From Candidatus Lloydbacteria bacterium (GTDB lineage: Bacteria > Patescibacteriota > Minisyncoccia > Phycocordibacterales > UBA6899): a stretch of 64,000 nucleotides of DNA. Position numbers and translations under genes: made by a program. Each line of letters starts with the position of its first letter. Position 1 is the stretch's first letter. Where the stretch lies: the NCBI GenBank assembly GCA_043719805.1, contig JAYSTI010000055.1, positions 2,760-66,759 on the forward strand, written 5' to 3'. The notes under the pieces are model-generated. The model ran no database searches, had not been told where the DNA came from, and was given only the letters and a program-made list of their open reading frames with translations. This document shows positions 29,347 to 38,704 of this stretch, one piece after another.

Positions 29347-30123
29347 TCATTGTTTCATTTCCAACATCATTTTGGCAACGGACTTTTTCAGTCGGCGCTC
29401 AAAACTTTTTCGTGTTCCGTTATTCGTGACGACGGCATGTGCATGCGGGCGTAGAAGGCGGATCTGTTCCTCTGCTTCAGCTTTTCCCAACTCAAGGAAT
29501 TGCGCATACGAGAGCTCGCTATCGCCCGGCTTTTCATTTCTCAGCACGTGGCGAGCGAAACGAACCTTCGGGTCCGCCTCGACATACATGAGACGGAAAG
29601 GATTGTACGCATCACTCATGAGCGTGGTGATGTCGACCAATCGACGAATGCCCTCGATGATGACGCACGTGCAATCATCCCCTGCTTGTGCGACGCGAAA
29701 TTTGACCGCACGCTCGAGCGTGTCTTCACCGAAAAATCGTCGCACTGCGGTCGAGAGCGTCTGCAGGTCGGCAGTACTCGCGCCGTTCGGCCAAACTCCG
29801 CTGTGTTCCGGCATAAACCGTCCGACAAGCCAGTATTCAAACTCGCGAAACTGAATGTAGCAAGCACCTGATGCACCGAGGTCAGAACCGAATGCATGTT
29901 TCAAAATATCGACGAGGTGCGGACCAAGACGATCTCCAAAAAGCGCAGGGGTTTTGTTCTCGCGCAAATGCGGAAAATTTTCAAGGAGTAGTCGATAGAA
30001 TTCGCGCAGTGAATCCGAAAAACGGAATGACGGCGTACCCGGATACCACGCCTTGACCAGGTCGGTAGCTGAACCCTTACCGCTGGACATTTCGCCGGCG
30101 AATCCCAACATCAGTTTTTGCAT
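29347..30123 (-). CDS. P-loop NMP/dephospho-CoA kinase-like protein; paralog of 32714-33271 with ~70-aa insert (SD-led)
   Basis: LGFAGEMSSGKGS, FRFSDSLR, IIEGIRRLVD, RNEKPGD; CAGGAG before ATG. Confidence 0.8.
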   Translation of the reverse strand: MQKLMLGFAGEMSSGKGSATDLVKAWYPGTPSFRFSDSLREFYRLLLENFPHLRENKTPALFGDRLGPHLVDILKHAFGSDLGASGACYIQFREFEYWLVGRFMPEHSGVWPNGASTADLQTLSTAVRRFFGEDTLERAVKFRVAQAGDDCTCVIIEGIRRLVDITTLMSDAYNPFRLMYVEADPKVRFARHVLRNEKPGDSELSYAQFLELGKAEAEEQIRLLRPHAHAVVTNNGTRKSFERRLKKSVAKMMLEMKQ

Positions 30124-30192
30124 TACGCGCTCCTGTGTACTTCTTGCTCCATCGTATTGGAATCAGTCTGAAAAACAAGTTGACCGAGGTCA

Positions 30193-31890
30193 TCACATTC
30201 GCTCTGGTGCGGTGATGCCCAAAAGGTCGAGCCCGCGCAGAAGAATACGTGAGGTCATCTGCACAAGAGCGAGCTTGTAGCCCTCGTCGCTGCTTCCTAT
30301 CACCTGACTATTCGCATAAAAGGCGTTAAACTCGCGGGCGAGCTCTATAAGATACGTTGCGATGTGGTGCGGCTCACGGCTCATTTCCGCGCGCAATACC
30401 GCTTCGGGAAAACGTAAAATATATTTATGCAATGAAATGATTTCATCATCGGCCATGCTCGCGACATTCAACTTCTCCCCTCCCGCCTTTGCAAATAGAG
30501 ACTTCGTGCGTGCGTAGGTGTATTGCAAGTACGGGCCGGAGTCCCCCTCGAAGGAGAGCGATTGTTCAAAATCAAAAATGATATCTTTGCCTGCCGCCTG
30601 TCGAAGGATGGAATACTTAATGGCTCCAATCGCGACCTGTTCAGCAATCTCATCTTTTTCCACATCAGAAAATGCACTCGTAAATTTCGTGAGTGCTTTT
30701 TCTTTTGTCTCACCAATGAGCGCCATTGCAGTGATCACGCTACCCGTTCTCGATGACATTTTTCCTGAAGGAAGTCGCAAAATACCATGACCAATATGGA
30801 GCGTCACGCCTGCGATAGCAGGCATTATTTCTTGCATCGCACGAAGAACTACCTTAAAGTAGTCATTTTGCTCATTCGCAGTTATGATAATCGAAATATC
30901 GGGGTGGTATGTATTAAGCTTCCAAAGATTAAGTCCCATCTCCTTTGATTCGTATGTAGGTAGACCCTCTTTGCTTATAAAAACGCGCGTATGTAGCCCG
31001 TTTTTTTGCTCTGAGTAAATGATAGCCCCACCATCTCCTTTCTCAAAAATCCCTTCTTGTACTGCCACAAACACAATTCTCTTTCCGTCCTCCGTTATCT
31101 CACTTTCCCCCTTTGCCACGTCAAAGTTACTTCCAAGGAGTTCGTATATTTCTCCAAGGTGCGCGAGACTCCATTTTTTCCCCTTATCATAGAGTTCATT
31201 AATGACGGGGTCAGATCGCTCGTGAATCTTCTTATTTATTTCTCTTACCTCAAGGGCAACTTCTTCACTTTCTTCCGACATTCTCACTCCATGCGGATAA
31301 GCTTCTCCCAAAAATTCAATGCACGCAAAAACACCTGCATCATGGGACGGCATCTTTTCCCGCAATGCATTCATCCCCCAGACAGCCTTCGCAATATTGA
31401 GCCCCGAATCAGAGTAGTAGTTCATGCGCACAACATCCGCTCCGCTCGCAGCAAAAAGACGTGAGATTGACTCTCCGATTGCATTGCTCATCAAGTGACC
31501 GATGTGAAATGGCTTTAAGACATTCGGGTCGGTGTATTCGACGATGACTTTTTTGCCCTTCAGCCGCTCGTTGTTGCCGTACTTTTCAATCGCGAGCGCG
31601 GCTTCAAGTTCCCGGACGAAATATGCTTTCGAAAGTTTGATATTGATGAACCCTGGACCGGCTATCTCAACCATAGAAATATCCGTATCTTTTTGTGCTT
31701 CAAGTTTCATCTTTATCTCTTCTGCTAGTGCGCGAGGATTCTTGCCCGCCTTTTTCGCACCCGCCATTGCGGCATTCGTCGACCAGTCGCCGTTTACCAT
31801 ATCCGCCGGCCGTTCAACGACAAAAGTCGCCTCGGTAATGCCGAGATCGAGAAGTGCCAAGTCTATGTATTCTCTCAATTTTTGCTCCAT
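30193..31890 (-). CDS. argS: Arginyl-tRNA synthetase
   Basis: AGPGFIN, EYTDPNVLKPFHIGH, KMSSRTG, EGDSGPYLQY; start re-called 31890. Confidence 0.97.
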   Translation of the reverse strand: MEQKLREYIDLALLDLGITEATFVVERPADMVNGDWSTNAAMAGAKKAGKNPRALAEEIKMKLEAQKDTDISMVEIAGPGFINIKLSKAYFVRELEAALAIEKYGNNERLKGKKVIVEYTDPNVLKPFHIGHLMSNAIGESISRLFAASGADVVRMNYYSDSGLNIAKAVWGMNALREKMPSHDAGVFACIEFLGEAYPHGVRMSEESEEVALEVREINKKIHERSDPVINELYDKGKKWSLAHLGEIYELLGSNFDVAKGESEITEDGKRIVFVAVQEGIFEKGDGGAIIYSEQKNGLHTRVFISKEGLPTYESKEMGLNLWKLNTYHPDISIIITANEQNDYFKVVLRAMQEIMPAIAGVTLHIGHGILRLPSGKMSSRTGSVITAMALIGETKEKALTKFTSAFSDVEKDEIAEQVAIGAIKYSILRQAAGKDIIFDFEQSLSFEGDSGPYLQYTYARTKSLFAKAGGEKLNVASMADDEIISLHKYILRFPEAVLRAEMSREPHHIATYLIELAREFNAFYANSQVIGSSDEGYKLALVQMTSRILLRGLDLLGITAPERM

Positions 31891-31952
31891 AATACAGTGA
31901 TAGTAACAGAGCGGCGGGAAAACAAAAAGTCCGACCATTGGTCGGACTGTCA

Positions 31953-32642
31953 TCAGAAAATTTTCTGCTGTTTTAGGTATGCGTAGATCTCCTCGTGGAT
32001 GTCTTCCTCGGAGCGCATGGTCGCGCCGCCATGCATCATGCAATCGATGACCTTCCAACCCTCACTCTTTGCAACCTCAAGATAGGACGCGGACGCCTGA
32101 CGCAAATGCTCGATGTTCGCCTCGTGCAAATCACGCTGCTTCCCTTGGGTATATTCGCGTGCCGCCTTTTTGTCGACAAGCTGCTGTCCGACCTCGGGTG
32201 GAACGTAGAGAAGAATATTCGCGTCCGGATGTGGCAATTCGAGAATTCCATACTCAAGTCCCTTCAACCAATCAATGCACTCCGCGCGCTCTTTGGGATT
32301 AGCAATCTTTCCCGCCTGATGCCCCATATTCGATGAAACATAGCGATTGCTGATGATGATGCCTCCTGCCGCGAGCCACTCACGCATCGCGAAAGATGCA
32401 TCGTAGCGGTCGAGCGCATAAAAGAGCGACGCCTTTTTTGCGCCGATTGTTTCGAGAGCGCCATATTCACCACGAAGATATTTTTCGACAAAATATGCGG
32501 AGGTACTTCCATACTGAGGAAAATCACTAAGCTTCACCTGCTTGCCCTCGCGCACGAGACGTTCAATCAGCATGCGAGACTGTGTCCCCTTTCCGGAGCC
32601 GTCCGTTCCATCAATCACAACGAGTTTTCCGAGCGTACTCAT
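31953..32642 (-). CDS. tmk: Thymidylate kinase
   Basis: IDGTDGSGKGTQ, DFPQY, LFYALDR, NRYVSSN. Confidence 0.92.
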   Translation of the reverse strand: MSTLGKLVVIDGTDGSGKGTQSRMLIERLVREGKQVKLSDFPQYGSTSAYFVEKYLRGEYGALETIGAKKASLFYALDRYDASFAMREWLAAGGIIISNRYVSSNMGHQAGKIANPKERAECIDWLKGLEYGILELPHPDANILLYVPPEVGQQLVDKKAAREYTQGKQRDLHEANIEHLRQASASYLEVAKSEGWKVIDCMMHGGATMRSEEDIHEEIYAYLKQQKIF

Positions 32643-32713
32643 GTCAGTTTTTCCAAATAAAAGATACTTCTGCTAATATTCTCGCACAAAAAAGTGACAT
32701 TGTGATATTTCTA

Positions 32714-33271
32714 TCATTCGCCGTATTTTTTGACGATGGCGTCAAGCTGCTGCTTAAGTTCGGGCATTGTCCCGGCGTTGTCGATGACCTCCGCGGCAAA
32801 CGCTTCGAGCTTCGTTATCTCGCGCTCGGGCTCCCCTTCGTGGTCATCTTCAAACTGCATGAACGTCTTTGACGAATCATCGGCATTTTCTCCCCGAATA
32901 ATGAGCCGCTCATAGCGTATCTTCATTGGCGCGGTAATGTAGCAAAGCTTAAACTCGGGAATTTCACGAAGATACTTTACGTCCTCGAGGCGCCTCACGC
33001 CGTCGACAATGATAAGCTGGTGTTCGTCCTTCTTTGCGTCTTCAAACATCACCTTCGCCATCAAATCCTCACCGAATTCTTTTCGCAAAAGCGTCGATGT
33101 GCGCTGCATAGTTGCGCGGTCCTGGGGTAGGTGCAGGCGACTGAGGATGTCGCGAAGCATCGTTGAGAATCGATAGGTGACCGCACCATGGTGTTCTGCC
33201 AAATATTTTGCCGCAGTTCCTTTCCCCGCCGCCATTTCCCCCGCAAAACCGAGAATCAATTTTTTCGCCAT
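32714..33271 (-). CDS. P-loop NMP/dephospho-CoA kinase-like protein
   Basis: GFAGEMAAGKGT, IVDGVRR; lies between dCMP deaminase and tmk. Confidence 0.85.
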   Translation of the reverse strand: MAKKLILGFAGEMAAGKGTAAKYLAEHHGAVTYRFSTMLRDILSRLHLPQDRATMQRTSTLLRKEFGEDLMAKVMFEDAKKDEHQLIIVDGVRRLEDVKYLREIPEFKLCYITAPMKIRYERLIIRGENADDSSKTFMQFEDDHEGEPEREITKLEAFAAEVIDNAGTMPELKQQLDAIVKKYGE

Positions 33272-33293
33272 AAAATAATACTATGAATATCTC

Positions 33294-33794
33294 CTACATG
33301 TTCTCATACGTTTCCATGTCGCCCGAGAGCAATTCCAAAAGCACGCCGGCATCTTTAAAAACCTTCTTCGACTGCGTAGCGCCGTGATAATCTTTTGCGC
33401 ATACGACCCTCACAATCCCGACATTGATAATCATCTTCGCGCACACGTAGCACGGAGCCATGTGCGTATAGAGTGTCGCACCTTCGAGCGAGACTCCGAC
33501 ACGCGCGGCCTGCACTATCGCGTTCTGCTCGGAGTGCGTCGTGCGGATGCAGTGTTGTGATTCCTTGCCGTCAACTTGAATAACCGTGTGAAGTTCATGG
33601 TCAAGCTCATCACACGAGGGGAGGCCGACCGGTGAGCCGACGTATCCCGTGGTAAGCATACGCTTGTTCTTTACGGTGACCGTCCCCGCGCGCCCACGGT
33701 CGCACGTTGCCCGTGTGCCAACAACCTCAGCAATCTGCATAAAATATTCGTCCCACGAAGGTCGCCGATATGCTTTTTTTTCCTCATCTTTCAT
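33294..33794 (-). CDS. dCMP deaminase (ComEB-like)
   Basis: RPSWDEYFM, HSEQNAI, PCYVCAKM. Confidence 0.93.
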   Translation of the reverse strand: MKDEEKKAYRRPSWDEYFMQIAEVVGTRATCDRGRAGTVTVKNKRMLTTGYVGSPVGLPSCDELDHELHTVIQVDGKESQHCIRTTHSEQNAIVQAARVGVSLEGATLYTHMAPCYVCAKMIINVGIVRVVCAKDYHGATQSKKVFKDAGVLLELLSGDMETYENM

Positions 33795-33970
33795 CTGTAG
33801 AGTATAGCAAATCAGTATATTTCAAATCTGTGCACAAGCTGGGGAGATGTCTCAGCATGAGTCCAGTGCTCGCGCACGAAGGATTCAGGAAGCAAATACC
33901 CCCACAATATTGACAAAACTCAATTTGAATGTACTATGAATGAAGCTGTTCAACCCCTATTGGAGACGAC

Positions 33971-34216
33971 ATGAAGCCGTTTTGGGTCTTGGTATTTGGT
34001 GCGGTCGCCGCAACTGTCCTGCTGTCGCAAAAGCGGACTCCCCGCCTCGCCGTGAGCAACTCGGATACGCCGGAAATCACGAGAATCCGCGCGGAGATCG
34101 CGGCCCTCGAGGCCGAACTCGTCAGACTCGACGCGAAGGCGCCGGTCGCGGAAGAAGATGCCGATCCGCGCTTCTTCACATCGCACACTCCGAAGCCGAT
34201 TACGTATCTGCAATGA
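33971..34216 (+). CDS. Small membrane-anchored coiled-coil protein (SD-led)
   Basis: TTGACA-16-TACTAT (33910-33937), GGAG, N-terminal hydrophobic stretch, terminator 34253-34280. Confidence 0.65.
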   Translation: MKPFWVLVFGAVAATVLLSQKRTPRLAVSNSDTPEITRIRAEIAALEAELVRLDAKAPVAEEDADPRFFTSHTPKPITYLQ

Positions 34217-34301
34217 GACCTCATCCATTTGGATGAACGAGTCCCAAGCAAAACTGCCCCAAAGTAGGGCAGTCTTTTTTATTACGATGGAAATTGTCCA
34301 A

Positions 34302-34727
34302 CTAGTCAGCAACGGTGACACCCATCGAGCGGGCGGTTCCTGCGACAGTCTTCATTGCGGCTTCAATGGAAGCGGCATTCAAGTCCGGCATTTTCTTTTC
34401 GGCAATTTCGCGAACCTGAGCCTTGGTGATGGAGCCGGCCTTTTGTGTCCCCGGCTTGTTCGATGCCTTGTCCTTACCCATCGCCTTCAAGATGAGGCGT
34501 GAAACAGGAGAGACCTTCAGAATAAAGGTGAATGTGCGGTCTTCGTAGACGGTAATCTCGACAGGAACGATGTCGCCCATCATCTTTGCGCTAGCCGCAT
34601 TGAATTTTGTGACGAAGTCTCCGATGTTGATTCCGGCCTGTCCGAGTGCGGGGCCTACCGGTGGAGCAGGTGTTGCCTTGCCTCCGGAGATCTGCAATTT
34701 AAGCTTTTTGGTGATTTTTTTTGCCAT
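34302..34727 (-). CDS. rplK: 50S ribosomal protein L11
   Basis: [28 protein letters not shown]. Confidence 0.99.
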   Translation of the reverse strand: MAKKITKKLKLQISGGKATPAPPVGPALGQAGINIGDFVTKFNAASAKMMGDIVPVEITVYEDRTFTFILKVSPVSRLILKAMGKDKASNKPGTQKAGSITKAQVREIAEKKMPDLNAASIEAAMKTVAGTARSMGVTVAD

Positions 34728-34796
34728 ATGAATTTAAACTATATATTGAGTTCTGTGCGTAGCAAGTAGAAGCCATACTACGCGCTTGATACTACG

Positions 34797-35360
34797 TTAA
34801 ATCTTTTTTATCTGCAAGAAGTCGAGTTCCACGGGTGTTTCGCGGCCGAACATGGGGACCATGACCTTCACGCGCCCACGCTCGGTATCCACTTCGCCGA
34901 CGCGTCCCTCAAGCTCCTTGAACGGTCCGTCGGTAATAATGACCGATTCGCCAACTATGAGGTCAATTGCGTGCTTCACCATCTTTGAACCCATGCGTCC
35001 GAACAATGCGTCGATCTCTTTTTGATTGAGAGGTACAGGAACGACACCGGCGCCAACGAAGCCCGTTACGCGCGGAGTGTTGCGCACGACATACCAAGAG
35101 TCGGGATCATAAATCATGTTCACAAGCACGTAGCCCGGATATATTTCCTCTTCGACTTCAGCGCGCTTGCCGGCCTTCATCTTAATCTTCTTTTCCTTTG
35201 GGACGACAACATCAAAAATCTTGTCTTCCATGCCGAGTGACTCGATGCGCTGTCGCAAATTGCGTACAACCGCATTCTCATACCCTGAGTATGTGTGGAT
35301 GGCATACCACTGACGCGTCGGGGCTGCGGGCGTCTCGGGAACGTTGTTCTCTTCTTCCAT
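34797..35360 (-). CDS. nusG: Transcription factor NusG
   Basis: WYAIHTYSGYE, YPGYVLV, VRNTPRVTGFVG, KOW GPF, FGRETPVEL. Confidence 0.98.
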   Translation of the reverse strand: MEEENNVPETPAAPTRQWYAIHTYSGYENAVVRNLRQRIESLGMEDKIFDVVVPKEKKIKMKAGKRAEVEEEIYPGYVLVNMIYDPDSWYVVRNTPRVTGFVGAGVVPVPLNQKEIDALFGRMGSKMVKHAIDLIVGESVIITDGPFKELEGRVGEVDTERGRVKVMVPMFGRETPVELDFLQIKKI

Positions 35361-35380
35361 AATGAGTTTCTGGTGAATGA

Positions 35381-35569
35381 TTAATTAACGCCCATGAACT
35401 GCTTGATTCCGCTGGAGAACACGAAATCGAGTAAACCGAGAAAGAGTCCTGTTCCTATAGAAATAGAAATAACGATAAGCGTATAGCTGACGGCTTCTTG
35501 GCGCGTTGGCCACGTCACGTGTCGCATCTCCGCCCTTGTGTCCTTCAAATAATTGATGAATCCCATCAT
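35381..35569 (-). CDS. secE: Preprotein translocase subunit SecE
   Basis: EMRHVTWPTR + TM; upstream of nusG. Confidence 0.95.
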   Translation of the reverse strand: MMGFINYLKDTRAEMRHVTWPTRQEAVSYTLIVISISIGTGLFLGLLDFVFSSGIKQFMGVN

Positions 35570-35771
35570 ACAAGTGAAATTAACCTCATAATTGCCCCTA
35601 AGAAAAAACCCCCTCGGGGTGTCATTGATTTGCTTAGTATATGCGCCCCTCCGCAAAAGTCAAGGACGAAAAACTCGGCTAAAACATTGGGGAATGTTCG
35701 GTCGCGGAAAGAAAAAAGGTCCCCGAAGGGACCCTGGAAATGCTTGAACGATTGAACGAACGAAAGAACGG

Positions 35772-36227
35772 TCAGTTGGCGCGCGTCGGACGAGAGCGGC
35801 GCGGATGCATCTCGTCGTAGTAGTCGACGCCGTCGAGGATGATGTCGGCCCAGCCCGAGAGCATCTCGTTGTGCTCTTTCGGGAGACGATCATAGTCGCA
35901 CTTGCCCCACAACACGCAGGACGGGAGGAACGGCTTCCGCTCACCCTGCTCGGGGAGCGAAACGGTGACGATGTGGTCGCCATCCTTCCAGCGGGAATAC
36001 GGGTAGACGCGGATCACCATGCGCCCACGGCGGTAGTCGAAGAACGAAGTGACGCGAATGTACACGATTTCGTGCATCGCCGGATAGACGACGTAAATGC
36101 CGGGAACACCGAGGCGGGCCTTCCAGAGACGCTCGTCTGCGACGTCTTCGAGTTCGATCTCCGGAGCAGCGCGCTCCGTATTACGACGAGGAAAGTCCAC
36201 CACGCGGGAAACACTCAGATTGGACAT
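35772..36227 (-). CDS. Hypothetical protein (SD-led, GC-rich)
   Basis: GAAGGA before ATG; strong G/C third positions; terminator GGTCCC-cttcg-GGGACC-TTTTTT at ~35713-35735. Confidence 0.65.
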   Translation of the reverse strand: MSNLSVSRVVDFPRRNTERAAPEIELEDVADERLWKARLGVPGIYVVYPAMHEIVYIRVTSFFDYRRGRMVIRVYPYSRWKDGDHIVTVSLPEQGERKPFLPSCVLWGKCDYDRLPKEHNEMLSGWADIILDGVDYYDEMHPRRSRPTRAN

Positions 36228-36315
36228 GTCAGTTCCTTCAGAAACGTTTTGAATAGGTTGAAGTACCCACGACGCGCCGCTTGTGACGGCGAATCGTGGG
36301 CAGGAGGTTGCCTGA

Positions 36316-36999
36316 TCAGCGAACGCCCATGATGGAGAGCGCCATCTCGAGGTATCCCTTCAGGCCGCGAGTGCTCGCGAAGCGTGCCTTCGGCGCCTCG
36401 GTGTGCCCGAAGAGCTCATCGCGAAAGAAACTGCACCTCGCGAAGAGGACTAGCGGATGACCGACGCCACCGAGCACCGTCATCTTCACGCGCTCGCCGT
36501 GCTTGCCCGAAACCACTTCGAGGCCAAAGTCGATGCGGGAGTGAGCCCTCTCGACGTTGATCCCGAAGCTCACCACAGGCCGCTTGCCGTTCGCCCTGAT
36601 TGCGCGAACGAGGACCGAGAGGGTGCCGGTGTCGAACTCATCGAACTGCTTGAACGGGACTTCGTCCCAGACAGCATTGTCCGAGAGCTCGTCCACGTGC
36701 GGCGCCTTCGGCTTCGGTGCGGGCTTGGCGGGCGCCGTGATGACCTCGACGAGCACTGCGGCTTCCGGTGCGGACGCGGCGGGTTCGGCGAGCGCGACAA
36801 CGAACACGCCGTGTTCATCATCGGCGATCGGCAGAGCCGTCGGGTCGGTGGCGACAGTCGCGTCGACGACGGGCTCGTCATCGGGCGGAAGGTCGTTGCC
36901 GAAACCGGCGAGCGCGAACGCAGTGGCGAGTGCGGGGGTGAAGGGAGCGACACCGTCTTCGAGGTCGCGACGGTCAATGTTTCGTGACTTGTTGCTCAT
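36316..36999 (-). CDS. Hypothetical protein with Pro/Ala-rich N-terminal half (SD-led, GC-rich)
   Basis: CAGGAG before ATG 36999; TTGACT-16-TACAAT promoter at ~37118-37145. Confidence 0.7.
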   Translation of the reverse strand: MSNKSRNIDRRDLEDGVAPFTPALATAFALAGFGNDLPPDDEPVVDATVATDPTALPIADDEHGVFVVALAEPAASAPEAAVLVEVITAPAKPAPKPKAPHVDELSDNAVWDEVPFKQFDEFDTGTLSVLVRAIRANGKRPVVSFGINVERAHSRIDFGLEVVSGKHGERVKMTVLGGVGHPLVLFARCSFFRDELFGHTEAPKARFASTRGLKGYLEMALSIMGVR

Positions 37000-37325
37000 G
37001 GTAGAGACTCCTGGTGGTTGAAAATCAAAAAATAAACACGGATTGACAAGGAAACGGACGCACAAAATACTCACTTCGGGTTTAATCCCCAAGAGAACAT
37101 TTCTAGAATCCTCAACAATTGTAGCAGAATTTCAGTAAAAGTCAAGTGTATTTCCATACGCATTGCGAGCACCAAAACTGCAGAGGACGGGCTTCTGCAG
37201 TTTTGGAAACGCTGTGTGAAAAAACGCCGTATTTCAGGCGTTTTTGGGGACTAACGAATGGCGGGCGCATTCATTGAATCGGTGTGCACAAGGAGAATTA
37301 CTTCCCGCCCCCTCTTTTGTTGGTG

Positions 37326-38510
37326 CTAGGTCGGAGTCGCGGGAAGAATCTTCACCACACATCCCGTGGAATTGACGATTCCCATAAAAGTTTTGCCCGC
37401 TTCAAAGTCGGCCGAATATCCCTCTGTTTTTTGAGAAAACGCATAACGCCGCCCAGCTCCATCTTGCGTAACGGCGTAGCCGAGTTCAAGTTCTGGACTG
37501 AAAGTAACGATCTTTAGCAAGAACGGCTCGGAAGAGCGGTGCGGACGGATTGTCGCCGTTGAAGCGTTTGCGGGTGCAACCACTGCGTCATCGGAAAAAT
37601 ACTTGAAGTTGAGCTTCTCTGCTCCTGCGGGAGTGGTTGCTGTGGGCGCTGACCAAGGAGCTGATGCGGGCTGACCGGCTCCTCCGCAACATTTGCCGGT
37701 ATCGCAAGAACATTGCATAGATGCACAACCATTTTCGCCGCAACATGATTTCGGTGTGACGACATCAGTGGGACGCGTCGCCTCAATCTCCGAGAGCGAG
37801 GAGGGCATTCCGCTCATTCGCTGGCCTCCGGAAGTCGCGATTGGGTCGTCATAGAGACGATGCTCTTTTAGCTCATCGAGTTCGCAATCACGCACATCCC
37901 GTACTTTCCTCTCGGCAAGGCGCCATCGCAGCAGGAGAAAAGCGCACAACGCAAACATCGACAGCGCGACGAGGCCCATCAATGAAAATTGAAGTTGGCC
38001 TTGCTGGTTCGCTTCCTTCAGACTCGCAATCATCTGTGACATCTCTGCGAGATCAGCTTTCAAAGCAGCACGCTCTGCTGCAAATTGCGCAACGTCTCTC
38101 CGAATCTCGTCTGCAAAAATTGCCGACTGGTTTCTCTGGACGGTGACCACAACTCCAACAGAAAGGTGTCTCCACGCTCGGTCGGTGTGATTGACGCCCG
38201 AAAGCGCTGAAGCGTCTTTCCAGTACTTCTCCCACTCGTGGAGCGGGCGCTTTTGTGCGATGAAGTACGCCCAGAGTGACTTCCACTCACCGAGTGAAAA
38301 GTTTTCCGTTGTCGCAATCGGGGGAAGTACTGCGACTTCAGCCACGTCCGACATTACGAGCTTACGTCCTGTCACAACGACGACCTGGGATTCCGGCACA
38401 GCCGATGCGGCAGGCGCCTCGGCGGATTGCACTATGCCGATTGCGGATGCTGACGATACAAGACACAGCGCGGCGAAGAAAGTCGCGAGTGAACGAATAA
38501 TGCTCCTCAT
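37326..38510 (-). CDS. Secreted/membrane protein: signal peptide, coiled coil, TM, Cys-rich segment, C-terminal beta domain (SD-led)
   Basis: AAGGAG before ATG 38510; MRSIIRSLATFFAALCLVSSASA; KSCCGENGCASMQCSCDTGKCCGG. Confidence 0.75.
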   Translation of the reverse strand: MRSIIRSLATFFAALCLVSSASAIGIVQSAEAPAASAVPESQVVVVTGRKLVMSDVAEVAVLPPIATTENFSLGEWKSLWAYFIAQKRPLHEWEKYWKDASALSGVNHTDRAWRHLSVGVVVTVQRNQSAIFADEIRRDVAQFAAERAALKADLAEMSQMIASLKEANQQGQLQFSLMGLVALSMFALCAFLLLRWRLAERKVRDVRDCELDELKEHRLYDDPIATSGGQRMSGMPSSLSEIEATRPTDVVTPKSCCGENGCASMQCSCDTGKCCGGAGQPASAPWSAPTATTPAGAEKLNFKYFSDDAVVAPANASTATIRPHRSSEPFLLKIVTFSPELELGYAVTQDGAGRRYAFSQKTEGYSADFEAGKTFMGIVNSTGCVVKILPATPT

Positions 38511-38578
38511 TAGAGACTCCTTTTTGAATTTACATCTCAAGAAACTCTACTCGGTATCATTTCTGATGTAAAGATAGT

Positions 38579-38650
38579 CTTTGTTTCGTCGTCGCTCGGC
38601 TCGAGCGCACATGGCACATGCACACTGAGACCTCGCTAGACGAAATCAAA
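38579..38650. repeat. Short palindromic element sharing end motifs with the ACCANGC family
   Basis: TTGTTTCGTC.CGCTCGG...CCTCGCTA.GACGAAATCAA next to terminator AAAATAGCCCC-ttgt-GGGGCTATTTT. Confidence 0.5.
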
Positions 38651-38704
38651 ATAAAATAGCCCCTTGTGGGGGCTATTTTTGGATATGATTCAACGTGTCC
38701 CTTT

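Noticed and set aside
35570-35770. tRNA-Trp often found upstream of secE
   Set aside because: No cloverleaf or GTTCRA T-loop visible; only terminator-like hairpins.
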